Positions 1-14,689 of a DNA stretch of 64,000 bases are shown here, piece by piece; within the stretch, counting starts at the first letter, position 1; each line of letters opens with the position of its first letter. This DNA comes from Chrysomallon squamiferum (lineage: Eukaryota; Animalia; Mollusca), in assembly GCA_012295275.1 (NCBI GenBank), contig CM022670.1, positions 23,994,001 to 24,058,000 of the forward strand, read 5' to 3'. The notes beneath the pieces were generated by a model. It worked only from the letters and a program-made list of their open reading frames with translations. It was not told the origin of the DNA and made no database searches. Position numbers and translations under genes: made by a program.

Positions 1-3
1 TAG

Positions 4-2004
4 GTAAAAATGTGGAAGTCACATACAAAGACTGGGCTCACTTAATAGTATCTAACTTTGAGAAGCATTTCTGGATCAATACAGTTCCCGATCCAGACAC
101 TGAAACTAATCCAGATCTCATCTTTAGACGAGGCATGTACAAAGATACCTGTAATGGATCCAGACCCTGGGCAGACTACCAGTTACGACCAAACTATCCC
201 ATTGCTATGGTTGTGGTCAGCTGATTTCATTCTTGTTAATTAATTAAAAATAAGAGATTAAATTGTTACTTTAGTGCAAGTATGGATAATGTAACAAATG
301 CTTAGTTGTGACCAAACTTTTCTGCTAATACTGTTGTCATCTGTTCACATTTTACTTTATCTGTTTAAATTGTTGTTGTTGATGTGGGGAAGGTTTACTT
401 ACTACCAGACTCTTTCATTGCTATATTTGTAGTCATTTGATTGTAGTTTTATTTAATTTTCCTTTTTCCTTTTTTTCTTTATTTACAATTGTTTTATTAA
501 TTTTGTTGCCTGAATTTTGAACAGCTGTTAAAGGTTGTTTTATTTAAATTCTTTATAGTGTTTTTTATGATTAATATTGCTTTTTATTTTAATTTAAACA
601 TTTCAGTACTATGAGTTTTTTTTTTTTCAACTGTAAAAGGGTGAAAAATAATTTCTAATAAAGTTCATATTGTCATAAAAATAATTTCTTTTCATAAAAT
701 TTCATATTGTTTTAAATAAAAATATTCTGTTTATAATGTGTAATTAAAATTGGTTAGTACATATTTTGAAATAATTAAACACTCTTCAGGCTCCAGAACT
801 CTTCTTAGCAAACCATGCATGGATTGCTCTTGATCTGGCTCAGGAGATTCTTCTTGGTCCTCTTGGCATGAAAACTCTGGATCCCAAGTAACTTATTTCT
901 ATTTATTTATTTTTTATTTTTAAAAATTTAAATTCATATTGTCATTATCTAGAATAAATTGTTTAATATTTACAAGTATTCTAGTCCCGGCTAAACTACT
1001 GTTTAATCTATGGAGTTTTGAATTATTATTGACATCAGAGCATCTAAAAATGATGTAGGTTTTTGAATATATTTTAGTTAAATAAAAATGTTTCTGCATT
1101 ACAGAGATTGGGCATACCGGCCATATTATGACAATGCAAATGACACAAATGATGAGAAATCATCTTTGGGATTCAGCTATCATCAAGGGCCAGTAAGTTT
1201 ATTTTAAAATTAAACATTCTCACCTTCACACAGATAAAAAAAAATAAAAGATAGGTAACATTTGATTAACATAAAAGTAAATTCAAAGAATTTTCATTAT
1301 GGACGATGGATATGTGTGATAGACAAATTTTAGTGTTTTCAAACATAAAATTGTCTTTAACTGTATAATAGATTTCTAACATTTATTGCTCTGTAGGAAT
1401 GGCTGTGGCCCATTGGTTTCTTCATGAGAGCCAAACTGCATTATGCAAACTTAATAGAACAGTCAAAAACAGGCACTTTGAAGAAAACTGTACAGTTTGT
1501 TGAATCACATTTGGCAAAACATTACAAAGAAATCATGGATTCACCATGGCAGTCTCTACCTGAAATGACAAATGCTGATGGCATGGTGAGTGATATATAA
1601 GATATTTTGTCTGTAAATAAAACCAGTTTGGTTTTTAAACTTTATTATGTCGTACTATTTGTATATATTTGTTAAGTGTTGGAGCACAAGTTGAAGATTA
1701 CAGAATTAGTTATGACAGCTAGTTGTCAAATAGGTAGAACAATGAAATTGAAAAATATATATTTGATTAATGATCAGTATTACCATGATTTTATTGGCAT
1801 TTAGACTCGGCCTAAATTTGATGAAGAATTCAAAAATATTTATTTAAACTTTTTATAAACTGAATTCTGACAGGCTATTTATTAACATTTAATGTTCATT
1901 TTTCTTCTAAATCACAGTATTGTCCATTCAGTTGTCGAGCCCAGGCATGGAGTGTTAGCTGTGTACTGGATGTTTTGTATGATCTGGAGCAGATACAAAA
2001 GTGA
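4..2004 (+). CDS. AGL: Glycogen debranching enzyme, last five coding exons (4-215, 790-887, 1105-1192, 1397-1585, 1918-2004); gene starts upstream of the window
   Basis: Spliced translation gives ...[32 protein letters not shown]...[26 protein letters not shown]...[15 protein letters not shown]...[26 protein letters not shown]..., the C-terminal amylo-1,6-glucosidase region of AGL. All introns are GT-AG and in phase; stop TGA at 2002-2004. Confidence 0.96.
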
Positions 2005-4060
2005 ACAGCATCCATTTTGTAATCTGATTTTAATGAAAGCCATTTTTCTCAATTATTCAAAAACAGCCATCTGTTTTACAGTCAGTTATAAAGATCTGCA
2101 GCTTAATTTTTATCTTTCTTTTTTTCTGTTGCAAATAAAGATTAAAAATAATTTTGTGCAAAATTACTTTTGTATAATTTGTGGTGAAGTCAGTAAATAA
2201 TAATTTTTAAACTGCAAAGTAACACAGTTGAGCTGCTTTTAAAAAAAAAAAATCATTAATAGACTATCAGCTCATAAATTTTTTCACTTACAAATATAGT
2301 CTGGATTTTTTCCTTATTACTGTTGCAAATGAAACAGTGTCAAATTAACTTACTGTCCAATTTTTCAAAGCGACATCTAAATGAGAAATAAATATTTAAG
2401 ATCATAAAAAAATGGTTTCATTTTTATGACAGATTGTGCCGAAACTTTAACCACTGCCATAACCACAAGTTAAATAACAAGACAGAAAAACCAAAAATGT
2501 TCATTAAATAAATCTCAGTGAACCAGATAGTATTATATTCAATATTATTCTAACAATTGATATATAAACTGATATTAACCATGTTAATTTGTTAATTTGT
2601 AAATCTCGTGTGTGTTCAGTAATCAGAATATTTTCATTTATTTTTCTTTGTAATTGTTTTTTTTTTTACTTTGCTGTTATTTTAATAAAATACTCATCTT
2701 TGCCAGTTTCTGATTGCAGTATTATCTAATGACAAATCACTTCATGCTATACCGTCAAATATAATAATATAGCTTTTATTTCTGTTTGATGAAACATGTT
2801 TTCATCACCTTGCAGAAACAGGATTTTATTTGTTTAAATCATCTGTAGTCATTATCTGGGATAAATTGCATATCTTGTTGCATAATGAAATGAAATAAAT
2901 AAATAATATGAATATCATTTTTTTTAATATTAATTTTTTTTTTTTTATTCATTTATTCATTTTTTTTTAGTTATTATTACTATTATTATTATGTTTTATT
3001 ATTATTATTTTTTTGTAAGGTATTACAATGGTGATGAATCTTAATCTTAATAAAATAAAAAATTATGCACGTTTGCAATTTGCTTTTTTTATAATTTTAT
3101 TTATTTATTTATTTATTTATTTACTTATTTTGCTAATTTTATTATTATTAATAATTTTGTTGAAACCATTGGTTTTGCTATCTAAATAACTCCAGTTTTC
3201 AAATTAAAAAATAATGAAGTTTTAAAACCATCTGACATTTTTATTATTTTAGTCCAATATTGTTTATTATAAATGTATTGAACATGAAAAAAAAAAAAAA
3301 AAAAAAAAATGTTAAATACTGCATTAGAACTATTGCCCATTCCTGATTATGAAAAAGCTTTACATGGTTATTGTTGTGAATAAAGAAATGAATATGTATG
3401 TTCTTGCTAATATTTATTACGTTTTAACCGACAGAACAAATAAAGCATGTTTGTGTAGGACTGCTAGTGTATCTGCAGTGGTTTTAGAAAGGAGTGTATT
3501 ATTTGAATAAGAGTGTGATTTTTAAAATTAATTAGCGTTTTTAACATAGTTATAAATTGTTGCCATTCAAAAACAAAATTGTGATAATTATAAATAACTG
3601 TTTTATGTCAAGTTTAAAATTGTTATATATTAATATAGGTAACTGTTTCTGGAATAAATATTTCTTTCCATCTTTTTTTGTAGGTTTTGAGATTATGTCA
3701 TCAAAACCAATCAAATGAAATTATTAATACGTATGTTATTGCAAAGATAATAGAAACACACCTGGACTAAATACATAATAGAAGTTTTTACTTTGTACAG
3801 TTTTAAAAGTTTAAAAAGAAATTGTATTTAAAAAATTTACATATTAAAATTGCTTTGTTTTTCTTGTTGTTTTGTTTTTATTTGGGGTTTTTTAATTTAA
3901 TTTTTTTGTCAAAAGATTTCATATTTGAACTATCAAACGAAAAAAATATATATATGCTTTTATTTAATTTTTTTTGTTTTACCATTTCAAAAATTAATAA
4001 TTTTATTCTTTGTAATATGTTTTTCAAATATTTTATTCTATCTCTTAGCTAACAATTATA

Positions 4061-4379
4061 CAGGTACTGGACCAATTATCCAGCATCCTGAAATCCAGAA
4101 GTTTTTCCCAATGCTATTTTCATAGCTTGCTGTTGTGGGTGTTGTCCTCATCAGACTGGAATTACTCTTTTAAGCCATGTGGCATTCATTCACTTGCCGC
4201 AATGTTTATGTGTCATCAAGTCACCACAGTTGTGTATTGTCAATTCTTTGTTTTTAATTTTAAAATGTTTATGCCTAATTATTTACCAATTTAGATGTCT
4301 TGGTACCAGAAAACCGGAAAATCCAGAAATCTGGAATGCCTCAGGCCCCAAGAAGTCTGGATAATTGGTCCGGTACCTG
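4061..4379. mobile_element. Non-autonomous Tc1/mariner/pogo-type MITE (~319 bp)
   Basis: 23-bp terminal inverted repeats CAGGTACTGGACCAATTATCCAG / CTGGATAATTGGTCCGGTACCTG (1 mismatch), flanked by TA at 4059-4060 and 4380-4381; no transposase ORF. Confidence 0.88.
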
Positions 4380-7300
4380 TACCAGTTTTAAAATAGACCT
4401 CAACATTCTGTTAATAAAATATAGCTGTGTATTTCTTATTGTTAATGTTAATTCTGCTATATTGAGTCAATCTTAGTAAGACTACAAGCTGAATGTGATA
4501 TTAAACTATTGTTTTTCAAAATTAATATTTTAATTATTCTCTCATCAGACTAACAGAATGTTGACTTAAAATAAATTTTTGGGAGAAAAATGAAGCCACA
4601 GAAACAGATGTTCACAGTATTTTTTTGTTTCCATTTCCTTTTTTTGTGTCCACTGATTTAATAATAAAAACTTAACATTTAAAAAAGAAAGAAAAACATT
4701 TCACAACCAATTCGGTTTATTGCACATAATTGTAAGTTTTATATCTATAAATTGCAAAACCTTGACGTCTCTAGCAAAACTAGTACATTTAATTTTGCTA
4801 ATATATATATTTAACATTTACGCTGAAACAGTATTACTAATTAAAAAATATATATATATAACTGTTGACCTTTTCCTCATTTGAGTACGTCGTCCCAGAT
4901 ATTTCCCTAATTATAACCCAAGTCATTTTCCCCCCATTCATATAGGACTGAGAGAATTGAGCAAATGACTTTATAGGGCTATCAAATCAGACTGGATTTC
5001 CTGTGTAATGGTGCTCAGTGCATTCACATACAAAATAAGCAAATTTATGCAAATGATAAAAATATTAATTATATATTCTAATGTGGGAAATGACTTGAAC
5101 AAAGGTTGAGGGGGGAAAATGTCCTAGAATGGTTGTCATTTAGTGGCAAATGTGCCCATTTCTAAAGGAAATGTGACGTAGAAAGCATGCCCACTAAATA
5201 TGCTGTCTTCTGAATTAGAACAGTTCATGATGAGTTTAGATGCTAGAATTTGTTTTATTTGATATCACGTAAATCATGTTATTTCATGCTATAGCAATGT
5301 ATAGAAACAAGACAACTAACAGTAGTACTGTTTGGTGTAACTCATTAGCAGCATCAGTGATCCTTTCTGGGAACAGTTACATTTTCAAAAAGGATGCAAG
5401 CCTATCTATTTTGGTTCAATAGTGGATTACCATTAAACTTTTCAAATCTACTTATATGTATCTGTTTACGGTGGCTGAAGACTCAAACAACAATACTAAA
5501 TAAATCAAAAGCTAAGTATAAACGTCAAATGATACGTTGGCAAACGTTAACAGCTTTGGGATGGTCTCTTGTCATTACTAATACAAATTTTACAAAGCAT
5601 TTCATATAAAGTCTTAACAGTTTCCACTGGGAGACATTGTTTTAAAGTGCACTTACTCCCACATTTATTGAGAAATAATAAAATAAAACTCATTAAATAT
5701 ACATTTCAAATTACAGTGGATTAATATTTGAATTCTTGTTAAAAAAAAATAATAATAATAAAAATGACAATAGTACATGCATAAAACAACAGAAATATGT
5801 AAAGTTAACAAGCTCCAGAGTATTACAACAAACAAATATTTGTCTGCTTAACAGTAAAAATAAAATGAAACAAAATTTTTAACATACTCTTTAATTATTA
5901 TGTGAACAAAATATATTAAACTGGCAAAAGAAACCATATCAGATTATAATTTCAATAATTAGTAAAGAAGGCTGTACCATTTGAAAAACAGTTTTTCTAT
6001 TTCTTTGTAAATGAATATAACAGTTCTACCATCTCCTAATTTTTTTAATCTCTTTTGTATCGGTATAGAACCTTTAGTATTTTAATATGCTGATGTATTG
6101 TACCAGTATGATGCCTGGTATTCTTTCTACCTATACCATAGTTCAGATTGTTTCCATTGGGTGACAATCACCACCTAAGTCAAAATATTTTCTAATGCTT
6201 CATGGTTTTCTGGTATTATCTACTAAAACTGAAATTATAGTTTGATAAAATAACTTGTGAACTTTAGCTTGGATACTTACTGCATCAGTCAATGTCAAAA
6301 AAAAGTAATATGTATTCCAGCTGGCAGTTCACTTTTTGTTAAAATGTAACTGAAATGCTCAAACAACAATAATTTAGGACATTAATTATTTTGCCTACAT
6401 CATCCCTCCATTTCAAAAAGAAGCAATTATACAGTGTTTTAAATTTTAATTAACAATCTCTAAGCTACACTGTTACTATTCTGAAAAAGTCATATGTACA
6501 AATGTTAAAATTTAACAATTTAGCATAATTTGTAAAATTTTGACCAACCTGATTATTTTGCTCAAAATGTCAAGCATGCACAACATGTATTTAAAATCTA
6601 TAATATTGTTACAACACAGAGTGGAATGGTTATTTTTAATAATAATAAATCTTTTAATTCAGGCACAGCCATATAAATAAAATAAAAATAATGCCCACAG
6701 TACTAACTTCAATATATACACAGATTACTTTCCAGAAGCATTATTATTATTTTTTTAAATTAAGCACAGTAGATAACAAGTGTGAAAATAAACACAGTCT
6801 ACTAATATGTGGAAATATCTAAGAAATGTGAACTATTAATATATGTAAGACACCACTATTAATTTAATCAATACATTTATGTATAAATGCTCCCACAATA
6901 ATCATTTTAAAACAATTCTAATACCATAAAATATTAAATACAACAACTTCATTATATAATAATCTGACAGAAAAATAAATAAAAATAAATACACACCTTG
7001 CACAATAAAATTATCAATATATTAATTTATAAATCCAATATTATATAAAGAGTTGAATTGTTCAATAAATACAAATTGCCATTTATAATTTAATTTATTC
7101 TGTCTGTTAGTCCTCTTTATTTTATTTAGAAGACCAAATATTATCAACAGAGTATTACTTTATTTAAGGTCATAGTCATTTACATTTGACATCATCATGA
7201 AAATCAATATATATTTCCTAAAATCAGACTGCTGCAAATAATTATCATATAAATAACCCATTATGAAAACTAAAGTATTAATGTGAAAATCCTGTTAAAA

Positions 7301-8117
7301 TAAAATTTTCAGTTTTGCTAAAATCCCAGAATCTAATTATACAGTATTTTAAAATATAGTAATCCAATTGTTTATAATACTATTTTTATTTATTTTTTCT
7401 TCAATCGTTTCATTTTGTTTGTTTGTTTGTTTTATAAAAACTGAAACAGATTTAGAAATATATTTATTTTTACTCAGTTTTGGTGCGAAGTTTTAGAGAA
7501 ATAAATTGTATTCTTATTTAATAAGCTTTTATGAAACTTTAAAATTACTATTTTGATAGATACAATTCATAGAATACAGAAAAAAGACCTTGCTCTCAAA
7601 TCAGGAGCTTACAATCTAAATTGTAAAAAGTTGCCACTTGAAAAAAGAAACAAAATAAAATTGTGTAAACTGAAAAAAGGAAAACAAAATACAAATGTTT
7701 TTAACATAAAGATGTAAACAATTCAATAACAAAAATAAATTAATTATCCTCTCAAATTTGTGTCACTAATACCATTATATTTTTCAAATAAATCTGTCTA
7801 TCTAATTTAAGAAATATCTCAGTTAATTTTGTTATTATCTGAATGGTGTATAACAGGATAAGTATTTACTGAAATATTGATTTCATTTATAGAAACAACA
7901 AAACACAAAAAAAAAAAAAAAAGCTTTAAAAAAGAGGTAGACAATATAAGCTATACTATATAACAAAACATATTTTGGTAGATAAAATACCTCTAAAGAA
8001 AGTAAAATATTTTAATAAAAGAAACTTTAAAGAAATATATTAATTAACAATAACAAATAAGCACACCAATAACAAAACATTATGGAATATATGGAATTAG
8101 TTGAATTTTAATCATGA

Positions 8118-9635
8118 TCAGATATCATCAAAGATTCCTTTGGGGGGCAGGGCTGATGAACGGACTGAAGAAAACTGTGATGGCTGGGTTCTTGACTGGT
8201 AGCCACCTAAATCTGATCTGTCCTCAGTATAATCAACAGGCTCAGCCTGTCGTAGAAGTTCAGTGCGATCATTGTCATCAGGGCTTCTTGGAACCATGTA
8301 TTTACCTGCAAATTCACCAGAATGATAATTTTATTTAAAAAAACAACAACAAAATAAAATCAAAAACATAAAAGAATCTTCCATATTTTTAACCTTATTA
8401 TTCTATGGTTAAAGAGATGAAGAAAATAATATGAAACAATAATCATTTGAAAAAACAAATAATAAAATAAAAAGTTTTATCGATGTTAACTTTTTTATTC
8501 CTTCTTTCAGACAGAAATATTATTCACAAGAAATGAATTGAGAAATTTTTCAAAGAGAGAGTTTATCTGTTAGATGAGGTAAACCAAGAATGAGAAATTA
8601 ATCTCTGTTGGTTTTTAATCTCAACCAATTCTGAGGGATATTCTCAAACCCTATAAACATTTATTTATGAAACCATAAGATCTGTGAAATGTAGAATTTT
8701 AATATGTGTAACATTTATAAAACTTTATGGTAGGAAAGATTTAGTACTTTTGATATCAGTACTGCGTGGAATGTCTTTAACTGTACCAGCAGACGTAGTT
8801 CTGTCACCAAATCTCTCAGTCCACAATCTTCTACGAGCCTCTCCATCAGCTTTACGTTCCTTCCGACGCTTTTCTGAAACAAAACAAAAATAGAAATAAA
8901 AAACTAGAATAAATTAATTTGTTCAAGAAAGAAGCAGATGTAAATCTTATAATATTCACACATAAAACACATTAGCCAACATCTTAATGATAAAAAAATA
9001 ATTTAAAAATTTTTTTATTTAAAGGTTTTAATATTTAATCTATATCTCTGCTAAAACAAGTTTTCCAAATAACTGATAATCTAATTATAAAAAAGTTCTC
9101 CATAAAACAAATTTTAATGTATTAGAATACATTTACTTTATAACAATCTGTTATACATTCATTACATAAATTCAAGATAGCTTTGATGTAATCTTTTTTA
9201 TTAGTTAATCTTTCTTGTGCTTTTGTTTATAATGAAAATCACAAGAGGCATTCCCTATCCTTATTTGACATATCATCATGCATTCTTATTACAATTATTT
9301 CAAAACCCAAAGATTTCAAAACTGGGAAACACAACCTGCAAGGTATTTGCTGTAAAATCTTCAATGTTCAGACTCACCTCTTCTGACCAGTTCAGCTCCC
9401 TCATCCATGAGCTCCTGTGTCATTTCATCATCGCCAATGAACTGCTGGAAACCCAGAAAACAAAGGATTCTGCTGCCCAGACTGAAGTAGGTGCAGAAGC
9501 ACAGCAGAACAATCAAGATAGGGAAGTAGATGTTAAAACCATTAGCAATAAATGAAATCACATCCATATGTCCCATGATCTGAAAGCATGTTGTTGAGTA
9601 TTTTATTTAGGTTATTATTCTATTTTTAATTTTTA

Positions 9636-9678
<43 letters not shown>

Positions 9679-12600
9679 TTTTTTATTTATTTAAAAAGAA
9701 TTAACTATTAGAAAATTGGCTAAACGATTAACAATAAGCAGAATTCCCAAACAATTACCAATACAAAAACATCTGCTAAAGAGTTAACAATAACAAACAG
9801 ATTTGTTACCTTGGTGTATGAAGTTTCTTCTTTGTTATTTACAGAAGTCACGTGACTGTCGAGATGAATTAAACCCAGAAAATTCAAACACATCGGTGGA
9901 GTCAGCCGACATAACATCCTGCATAAAAAAATTTTAAAGGGTAATAATGAAATCATTTTCATTTTCACCAGTCATCAGTTTAAATTAATACATTATGCAG
10001 ACAGACCATCCAAGGACGTTATTCCAAAAATGTGTTAATACTTCTGTTGTCTTTGAACAAAGCAATTAACTGTAAAAGTAAGTACCGTAAAATGTGAGCT
10101 AATAGTCATTTGAGTGAGGTGGTAACTGAATTCAGTCTGTTACTGTAACCCTATACTTTAATCAAATATATTTATATAACTTCAAATTCTGTTTATTCAA
10201 CCTTCGTCTTGTACGGTGTAGATTCAGTAGCATTTTCAGTTAACAAATAAAATAAAACATTTACTATTTTTTTCTTTTCCAATAGTGTTTAATATCTCTT
10301 TAAAAACAATAATAATAAAAGAAAGTACTGCGAACTATTTGATGAACTGAATTACACAGAAGATGACAACATTTATTTAATGAATTATTTGTCAAGTATA
10401 CCGAAGTTATAATATTATATTATCATGTTTTGCTTACATTCCTGTAAATATCAAACTGTATTCATCAGTCTGGTGGTGTGGTGCTATGTAATAATAGTTG
10501 AGGATGCGAATTTGGAACACACTGTAGTATGCACAGAAACACAAGTAGGCAATAGTCAGAATAGAGGCAAACTGAAAAGATATCATAAAAACTGAAATAC
10601 AATCAGGTAATTTCAATGGCTTTTTTTTTCTTTAAAATTAATCAACACTGGCTTATAATTAAATAAAGTAATAACCTCTTTAATTACGACAATAAAGTTC
10701 TTCTCCTATTATTTAATCATATAAACAATGTAACCTGAAGAATTTTTTTTAATAATTTCTACCTCAATGTAAACATAGTCATCGTGTTGCTTGGCAATGT
10801 CAATGAATACAGCAAACAGGGAGAGGACAGGCTTCTTTACAAAGAATAGACACTCAGACCACACAACCATGAAGGAAAAAATCATCAGGACAACAGATGA
10901 GATCAGCATCACCCATGTACGCATTCGACACTTCCAGTACCATTCTAAAATGACAGTTGTTGAAGTTCGTCAATGATTTCCACATTTTTTACACCACTGA
11001 GAAACAATGAACAAGTTTTTAAATAAGAAATACATTTACGTTATTCCTTTTTTTTTTTTTTTTTAAATATATTTATAATAAATCTTTTTTATTTTTATTT
11101 TAAAGGTAAAATTTTAATGGGAACCAATTTGTGTGTACTTGTTGTGAAAAAAAAGATTTCATAAATCTGTTAACAGTTTTTTGCTAAAAAATTAATACTA
11201 ACCAACTGTAGGAGTGTATATGGCTCTAAAGATGCCAGAATAAGAGCCGTAAGTACGATGAAAATATCTGTTAGGATTGTTCTCATTAGCTTCAATGTCC
11301 TCTAAATCTAATGCTTTTTGTATGAGATTGTTCCACTGTATCTGAGTGCGGTTAGCAATCTGCAGACAACGGATCAGCTTCTTGTGCAGTTTGACAAGAG
11401 ACTTCTCAGTAGGAGTATCATGTGGTTTGTCATACTCCTCAAAATCGTCGGTGTTACGAACTGAATGTCTCATACTTTCAGGGCACTAAAAAAAGTAATA
11501 TGGAACTGCTTATGCTTATAAGGAAAAAGCTCTAGTATTTTTCAAAAATAATTGTGATAATAAAAATAAATTACAGTTTTTACATCAAGGAGACAAAGTC
11601 AATCACATGCTGATGAAAAGTCCAATCACTATGCTACATATTATAAATTTCACCCATTTCCTGGTGGATTTTGTTATTATTTTTATTTGATTAATTATTA
11701 CAATGTCAAATGTCTTCTGTTATGTTTATTACAAACTGCTTACATAATTCTGCAATATTCTCACAGCTACACTAACAACTGAGTATATTTAACTGCAAAT
11801 TTTTAAACTTTTAAAATATGATTTATTTTCAAGACCTTCTCAAATCATTTGCACATAACATTTAGATGTAATGCAATCCTTAGAATGATTATAACCAAAT
11901 ACCTTTGCCAGAATTTTATCCACATATTCTCTAAGAGGGTGGTTGTAGCGTATACTTTCAACAGTTCTTTTAATTTCCTAAAATATATTAATTAAAATGA
12001 AAAACATGAATTATAAACAAATATAAATCCACAATAACTTAAATCATTTTTCTCTGTGTATATATTTTTACTAACACACATGCAAACACACACTTACCAA
12101 AGCCGTTAATAAAAATTTTTTTACAGATTTAAAGCTGATCCTAATTATTAACAGGGAATTATACGATATTAATTTAAGAGTGATTATGGTCAAATATTCC
12201 AATGTTATTTGTTGAAGTTTCCCTAACTAATAATTAACAGAAGATCCATTCTAAAGTTACCTCTAAAACATCTTCCAGATTTTCTTCTGCTTCTGTTTTC
12301 TCTGTACTCAGTTTAGCAATTTTAAAGTGAGTTTTTGAAAGCTGATGGCCACGTTTAGCATTGTTCCAAAGACTTCTGGGAACATCCACTAAACCATATC
12401 CAAGCATTAGAACAAGTACAAACAATCCCCATGTATTACTAGCTGTTACTCCAATCACCTTTAATTTATCACTGTTTGACCAAAAAAAAAGAAAACATTT
12501 TAAAAACTAAAATATAAGAACAATGCTATTGAAGTTTTCAGTATTAAAAGATCTATTTAGAAGATATTCAATGTCATCTTGTCTAAATTCCTAAAGAGTG

Positions 12601-13592
12601 GGGAAAAAAATAAAAGAGTCAAAGTAAAGAAGGAAAATATTTGCTGATTATGTTATCTTACGCATCAATATGAAGATCTGGTCTTGCAGCAACATAAATT
12701 AAACAGACACCAAAAATAAGTAAGTATGTTCCATAATAAATAGCATTTTCAATCAAAGCTGACTTCATTTTGCCCATAATAGTAAAGTCTCCAGCATTTG
12801 AATATGACTGCATTAAAGGTAATATCAACCTGAAATGAAAGAGAAAATATTTTAAATATTATTCTGTGCAATTAACACTTTTTATAAATAGAGTTATAAA
12901 AATCAGAATATACAGTGGTACCTTGACTTAATTCATTCTGTGACTGCGATCATATCTCAATTTACTATATCAAATGAATTTTCCCAACTGAAATTAACTG
13001 AAATACCATTAATCCGTTCCAAAAACCACCCCATTTTTTTGTTTTTTAGTAACATGTATTTAAATAAGAAAAATGTATTTATAATCGACAAATGTTGTAT
13101 AAAACAATCTAAAAGATAATGCAAAGAAATAAATTGGTTTTGTAAAGTGTATTTATGTTGGAGATTAGACAAAATATTTTAATGCCTTTGGCTGCAGTTA
13201 CAGCCTTCATTGACTCCTTCAGCTTCAGTATGGTACATATTGTAGAAGTATTGCGCTTGTACTGCCTAGCCAAGTTGACTCCATACACCTCGTACAAGTT
13301 TTTCTATGAATTCAAGCTTTAATTCAGTGCTGGCTGGATGTTGTGTTGTTCATAGCCCCAACTAGCGGCAGCATATCTGAAGCTTGCTCCTAACTCCGAT
13401 TCTGGATCGCAACTCAAAGCAAAAAACCGACTGGGTGATGCTCGTAACTCGAAACACTTGTAAGTTGGGGCACTCTTAAGTCAAGGTACCACTGTATTTA
13501 TTATCTTAGTTTGTTTAACTGTGACAGTGACACAAAATACACTAAATTTCTGCAAGGGAATTTATATATATATATATATATGTAAAATTAAC

Positions 13593-13624
<32 letters not shown>

Positions 13625-14689
13625 TTTATTTTTGTTTTTGTTCGGGGAGTCTTTTCTTTTTATCTGCTGTAAAAAAAAAAATATGAAGAATAAAGAGATA
13701 CAAATACTCGAAGCATAGTTTTAAAAGTTATGCATACCATGTGAGAACTTGTGACGTCCAATATACAATATGCCACAGGGTAGGCAACACATGCTCAGGA
13801 ACATGGCTTGTTGGTACCACACATTCGTGATTAGCAGGACTGACAGTAGAGACTGATAACAAAGCTCCTGTGATGTTAGATGATGTTGATATTGCTTCAG
13901 CTGTTGTCGAGTTGGAAAGAGCTGCTGGTGTTATGCTAGCAGTATGTGCATGATCTTCTAAACACTGACGATAAAATGTCTAAAAAATATAAACATTGAA
14001 AGTAATTTTCTTCAGAAATTGTTAATTTCTAGTATTTAGTTTAAAATTAACTCATTTACTGAAAGGACTAGTCATCCTTATTACACTAGTCTGATTAATG
14101 TAAAAATTTCTTTCTATTAAAAGTCTAAAATTTATTAAAGTAGTTAATTTAATAGTTATTAATATGTAGAATTATAATGAACTACATATTGATGATATCT
14201 ATTGGACCACATTTTTGCTGAACATTTTTGTTTACGATAGTTTTCTTTTTGTCTAAATATCATGTTTTTTTTATTTGATCTAATTTTTGCTGTATAGTTT
14301 TTAAATATGCTTCATATTAATTAAATACAATTTTCATGAATGTCAGTGAAATGAAATATTAAAATTTAATTAGGTCAACTGTAGTTTCAATGGATAGTTA
14401 TTATGTTCTTGTCAAAATACAGTGCTGTAAAGGAATTAAAACAAACCTAAAAATAAATACAAAAATAAAAGTAAATTTTGTAAAGTAAACTAAGAATTAG
14501 TTAACGAGTACTTACAGAGGACACGTCCAAAGGAATTATGAATATGATCATAAAAGAGAAATACCAAGCAATGAACGTTGCAACAGTAACCAAAGCTCGT
14601 TGTTTCCTGATGTCACCGTATCGATGAAGTACGAATGCAGCTAATAAACAAGTACAAATAATTTCCACCACAAGCGGCCCAGCACTCAT
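8118..14689 (-). CDS. LMBRD2: LMBR1 domain-containing protein 2; 12 coding exons: 14689-14516, 13979-13738, 12829-12662, 12471-12261, 11977-11903, 11485-11203, 10944-10763, 10571-10438, 9918-9810, 9579-9378, 8873-8748, 8305-8118
   Basis: [11 protein letters not shown]...LHRYGD...[97 protein letters not shown] and the C-terminus PPKGIFDDI* match LMBRD2; canonical splice sites with consistent phases. Confidence 0.95.
12913..13494 (-). mobile_element. Internally deleted Tigger/pogo-like DNA transposon (582 bp) in a LMBRD2 intron
   Basis: Perfect 19-bp TIRs CAGTGGTACCTTGACTTAA / TTAAGTCAAGGTACCACTG with TA on both sides. The minus-strand remnant 13297-13170 reads [24 protein letters not shown], resembling the N-terminal CENP-B/psq HTH of Tigger transposases. 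Confidence 0.9.

Noticed and set aside
2005-8117. Long AT-rich interval between convergent AGL and LMBRD2 with short F/L/I-rich ORFs
   Set aside because: The ORFs reflect base composition; no coherent exon chain found. Consistent with 3' UTRs and intergenic DNA plus one MITE.
8114-9555. Plus-strand ORFs 8114-8338, 8684-8893 and 9217-9555
   Set aside because: Antisense shadows of LMBRD2 exons; likewise 58023-58268 for NIPA2 and 25389-25586 for NDUFB6.
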